Shown here one piece after another: positions 61,272 through 63,909 of a stretch of DNA of 63,909 nt. The number at the start of each line of letters is the position of its first letter. Position 1 is the first letter of the stretch. This DNA is from Candidatus Magasanikbacteria bacterium CG11_big_fil_rev_8_21_14_0_20_39_34 (GTDB lineage Bacteria > Patescibacteriota > Patescibacteriia > Magasanikbacterales > UBA922), in the NCBI GenBank assembly GCA_002787355.1, contig PCWN01000011.1, positions 121,101-185,009 of the forward strand. The letters run 5' to 3'. The notes beneath the pieces were generated by a model. That model was not told the DNA's origin, ran no database searches, and saw nothing but the letters and a program-made list of their open reading frames with translations. The position numbers and the translations under genes were made by a program.

Positions 61272-61631
61272 AATATTTTGTATACACTTGTCTATACAAA
61301 CCACCTCATTATAGCATATTTTTGCAAATTTGTCAAGTTTTTTGTTTTTTTGGAGTTTTTTGTTAAAAATAGCTTATTTTAGAAAAAAAATGCATTTTTG
61401 AATTTTTTTGTGAATTGATACTATTTTTTCTACTTTTTTGGTTTTTTCCCTTGCTTGAGTTTAAAAAGTACTCAAGTATGGAGAAAAAAATATTAAGAAC
61501 TCTTTCTTTTTTCCTTTGTTTTGCTTGCCTTTTATGGGGATATATGATATACTCCACCGTGTTTATTTTAGCTAACTTTAGCTTTTTTTAGTGAAAACTG
61601 TAACGTTTTTTATAATTCTGCGTCTTCTACT

Positions 61632-62171
61632 ATGAAAGACAAGATACAAGAAAAAAAACTATTGTACAAAATAGTTGTTCATAAAGACGCGGAAGCATTC
61701 GGAAGTCTTTATGACGTGTATGTCGAGCGTATCTACCGGTTTGTTTTCTACAAAGTAGGGACACGTGAGGATACGGAGGATTTAGTGAGCGATATTTTTT
61801 TGAAGACCTGGAACTATCTGGTGAGTAATAAAAATACCGAAGTGAGAAGTTTCAGTGGTTTGGTATATAAGGTAGCAAGGAACGCAGTTATTGATCTGTA
61901 CAGAAAGAGAGCAAACAGTAAGGAACACCCAATTGAACATGCTTTGGGAGTAGAAGATAGCCAATTTGAAAAAAATGAGCAAAAGCAGGAAGTAGCAGAG
62001 ATTCTTGTCTTGGTAAGACGACTTAAGTCAGACTACCAGGAAATTATCTTACTACGTTTTGTGGAAGAGCTTTCGATAAAAGAAATTGCAAAGATTCTTG
62101 ATAAAAGTAGTACCTCAGTGCGGGTCACATTACATCGAGCACTTAAGAAATTAAAAGAACTTTCTTCATAG
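61632..62171 (+). CDS. ECF-type RNA polymerase sigma factor
   Basis: Region 2 is EDLVSDIFLKTWNYL and ARNAVIDLYRKR. Region 4 is LLRFVEELSIKEIAKILDKSSTSVRVTLHRALKKLKE. Confidence 0.85.
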   Translation: MKDKIQEKKLLYKIVVHKDAEAFGSLYDVYVERIYRFVFYKVGTREDTEDLVSDIFLKTWNYLVSNKNTEVRSFSGLVYKVARNAVIDLYRKRANSKEHPIEHALGVEDSQFEKNEQKQEVAEILVLVRRLKSDYQEIILLRFVEELSIKEIAKILDKSSTSVRVTLHRALKKLKELSS

Positions 62172-62178
62172 CAACATT

Positions 62179-63579
62179 ATGCCATCTGATGTCATTCAAA
62201 AATTGAAGGGGTTGAAAAATGCCAATGGGCATGGTCGGGTAAGTCCCGATGCTCTTTGGATTCAAGAGACTCGATCTCACTTGATGGCACAAGTTCGTAA
62301 TACTACCACACAAAGTAAAAAGTCTGTTCGTGCAGAACATGTTTTTCAGTGGCTTGAAATTTTTATGCCTCATAATTACGCCGTAGCAGCACGGCGTGCT
62401 TTTGTGTTCTTACTCGTTTTAGGAGTGGCTGCAGGTGGTTGGAGTGTTGGAGCAAGTGCTTCACAGGACAGTCTTCCTGGAGATGCACTTTGGAAAGTAA
62501 AGTTGGCAACTGAAAAACTTCAAGAGGTCGCTGTTTCTGTTGTAGGAAGTAATGGTGTTCAGGTGGCAGTAAAGAAAAAAATACTTACGAATCGAGTAGA
62601 AGAAATCAAAAAACTTTCAGAAAAACCTCAGGAAGATTATCCAAAACGTATCAAGCAGGCAAAGGACCAATTGAAAACATCGGTAGCCTCTGTAAATAAA
62701 GTAGTGGGGGGCGCCGAGCCAGGACAGGCTGTACAACTTGCATTGGAAGTTTCTCAAACAACGCAGGAGGCATCCAAGGTTTTAAAGGAGGCTGGTCAAA
62801 TTTTGGATGGCACACCGGCCAATCAAGGTGAATCTCAAGAACTTTCTCAAGAGATTGATAGAACTACAAAAGAATTTAAAAAAGATACTCTTGCGGTTAT
62901 TGCGGATGCTGTGCAAAAACAAATGGACAGTGGGAGTGATATAGGGATTCAGGACGAAAACAAAATTAAAAAGGTAGTTACTGATACACTTGATGAGTTA
63001 TCCGGTGAAATAGATGAGGAAAAAACAAAAGATATCATAGAAAAAGCAAAACAGAACTCAGAGGTTGCTCGATCAGGTGATGTCGGAGATACACAGGAAG
63101 ATGTATCCAGTACCACAGATTCAACCGTTTCTTTAGAATTCAATAGTTCTACTCCAGAGCAGTTGAGTACTTCTTCCTTGAAGGTTTCAACCTCGGTAAA
63201 GAAAGTGCTTGTGACTTCTCCGGAAGAAATACATAAGGAAGATGTAAACCAGGCAATACAGGTGGTTAATCAAACTTCTCAAGAAGTCCGTCAACTTAAA
63301 GAAGAAATAACAACCCTTACACAGACAAACCAGTTAGTAGAAGCCCTTGAGCGGACAAAAACACTCAATGATGTTACCGCACAGGCAAAGGAGGGAATAC
63401 GACAGTTAGAACAGTATGTAAAGAAAGATATTGTAAGCGATCCACCTCCGGAGGACATACCAAATGTTGAATCCAAAGAGAATGGAGACATATCAAAAGA
63501 AACGACTGTTCAAGAGAATACCACTACAACAAGTACTTCGACAACAGCCGTAAAGACTGAAGAACATGTTGTAAATTAA
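62179..63579 (+). CDS. Membrane-anchored putative anti-sigma/DUF5667-like protein with long coiled-coil, low-complexity tail
   Basis: Positioned immediately after the ECF sigma gene. TM segment AFVFLLVLGVAAGGW. LPGDALWKVKLATEKLQ resembles the DUF5667 motif. Confidence 0.6.
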   Translation: MPSDVIQKLKGLKNANGHGRVSPDALWIQETRSHLMAQVRNTTTQSKKSVRAEHVFQWLEIFMPHNYAVAARRAFVFLLVLGVAAGGWSVGASASQDSLPGDALWKVKLATEKLQEVAVSVVGSNGVQVAVKKKILTNRVEEIKKLSEKPQEDYPKRIKQAKDQLKTSVASVNKVVGGAEPGQAVQLALEVSQTTQEASKVLKEAGQILDGTPANQGESQELSQEIDRTTKEFKKDTLAVIADAVQKQMDSGSDIGIQDENKIKKVVTDTLDELSGEIDEEKTKDIIEKAKQNSEVARSGDVGDTQEDVSSTTDSTVSLEFNSSTPEQLSTSSLKVSTSVKKVLVTSPEEIHKEDVNQAIQVVNQTSQEVRQLKEEITTLTQTNQLVEALERTKTLNDVTAQAKEGIRQLEQYVKKDIVSDPPPEDIPNVESKENGDISKETTVQENTTTTSTSTTAVKTEEHVVN

Positions 63580-63597
63580 AAAATTGAATTTCCTCAT

Positions 63598-63800
63598 GCT
63601 GTATGGCACTACTTTGTCACTCTATCGTGGCAAGGTGTATGCCATACAGCAGCCTCTCGAGCAATCGAGGGAAAAGGGGCAAATCCATCTTCTTATGGAG
63701 ATGGTGGTGTATATCAAAAGTCGAGCCCTACGGCGATATATACTTTACATTAATCAGAAAACTTATATGAGGGACCGTTCTTCCTAAGAAGAATGCGCGC
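63598..63800 (+). promoter_or_regulatory. Candidate structured leader upstream of the partial gene at 63826
   Basis: 11-bp helix gctgtatggca (63598-63608) / tgccatacagc (63640-63650). 7-bp hairpin capped by a GCAA tetraloop (63653-63671). Also ccatct/agatgg and ttcttc/gaagaa hairpins. Confidence 0.35.
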
Positions 63801-63825
63801 TTTTGTATAAGTCGAATTATAGCTA

Positions 63826-63909
63826 TGACACACACACTTAAATTCGTTAAAAAGAGTTTCACATGGGCAGTAGTAGCAACTACAATCGCATGGAGCATGG
63901 GTCTAGCAG
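63826..63909 (+). CDS. N-terminus of a secreted/membrane protein (partial; continues beyond the window)
   Basis: ATG 63826, then MTHTLKFVKKSFTWAVVATTIAWSMGLA..., which is signal/TM-like. The frame is open to the window end. Confidence 0.4.

Noticed and set aside
1-63909. Alternative genetic code (UGA recoded as in Gracilibacteria/SR1) or stop-codon reassignment, as an explanation for the TAA at 10011
   Set aside because: Long conserved genes (dnaE, aspS, glyQS, mreB) are intact under code 11. Several genes terminate at TGA (e.g. the MBOAT gene at 16434-16436 and tsaB at 35730-35732). TAA and TAG are used as stops throughout. There is nothing to suggest global reassignment.
1-63909. CRISPR arrays, transposases, integrases, toxin-antitoxin pairs or known defence systems
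   Set aside because: I saw no regularly spaced direct repeats, and no ORF with transposase, integrase, Cas, restriction or abortive-infection motifs.

Overview
The window is AT-rich, at roughly 32-35% GC by hand count of background lines. It is densely coded and mostly plus-strand, with housekeeping content. The mix of genes points to a Patescibacteria/CPR-type bacterium; this is an inference from gene content, not a database result. The supporting genes are a homodimeric-type GlyRS, a DUF4012 protein, a pilin-like module inside a secreted protein, a dockerin-bearing secreted protein, large Ig-like/FN3 surface proteins, a lone ribH and short TsaB/TsaD.

Recognisable genes:
- **tRNA synthetases and tRNA modification:** asnS, aspS, glyQS (behind a glycine T-box), tsaD, tsaB, dtd.
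- **Replication, segregation and cell shape:** dnaE, holB, parA/parB, scpA/scpB, mreB.
- **Translation:** rplJ/rplL (behind an L10-type leader), frr, and an RsmB-like methyltransferase.
- **Metabolism and stress:** tpiA, ribH, bcp, mscS.
- **Transport:** a livJHMGF-type ABC transporter and an MFS transporter.
- **Regulation:** an ECF sigma/anti-sigma pair.
- **Cell surface:** two glycan clusters, MBOAT + AlgJ-like + GT2 + GT-C, and processive GT2 + DUF4012.
- **tRNAs:** five (Leu-CAG, Leu-CAA, Glu-UUC, Thr-UGU, Tyr-GUA).

I saw no CRISPR array, transposase, integrase or recognisable defence system. UGA is used as a normal stop.

The most unusual signals are two sharply bounded GC-rich islands, about 30519-30990 (+) and about 46100-46476 (-). 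Hand-counted lines in them are 57-72% GC. Each sits behind its own near-consensus sigma70-type promoter and is full of nested helices. I could not find the diagnostic motifs of RNase P RNA, tmRNA, SRP RNA or 6S RNA in either island. They are candidate large structured RNAs of unrecognised class. The alternative is horizontally acquired small ORFs, and both islands do contain SD-preceded ORFs.

Other points worth a second look:
- An in-frame TAA splits one Ig-like domain of a roughly 1250-aa surface protein.
- A dockerin gene sits next to a possible cohesin-like domain.
- An orphan promoter-to-terminator leader precedes a GC-anomalous MFS gene.
- A second small ParB-like gene follows parAB.
- A 719-aa orphan protein is coupled to an M16 peptidase.
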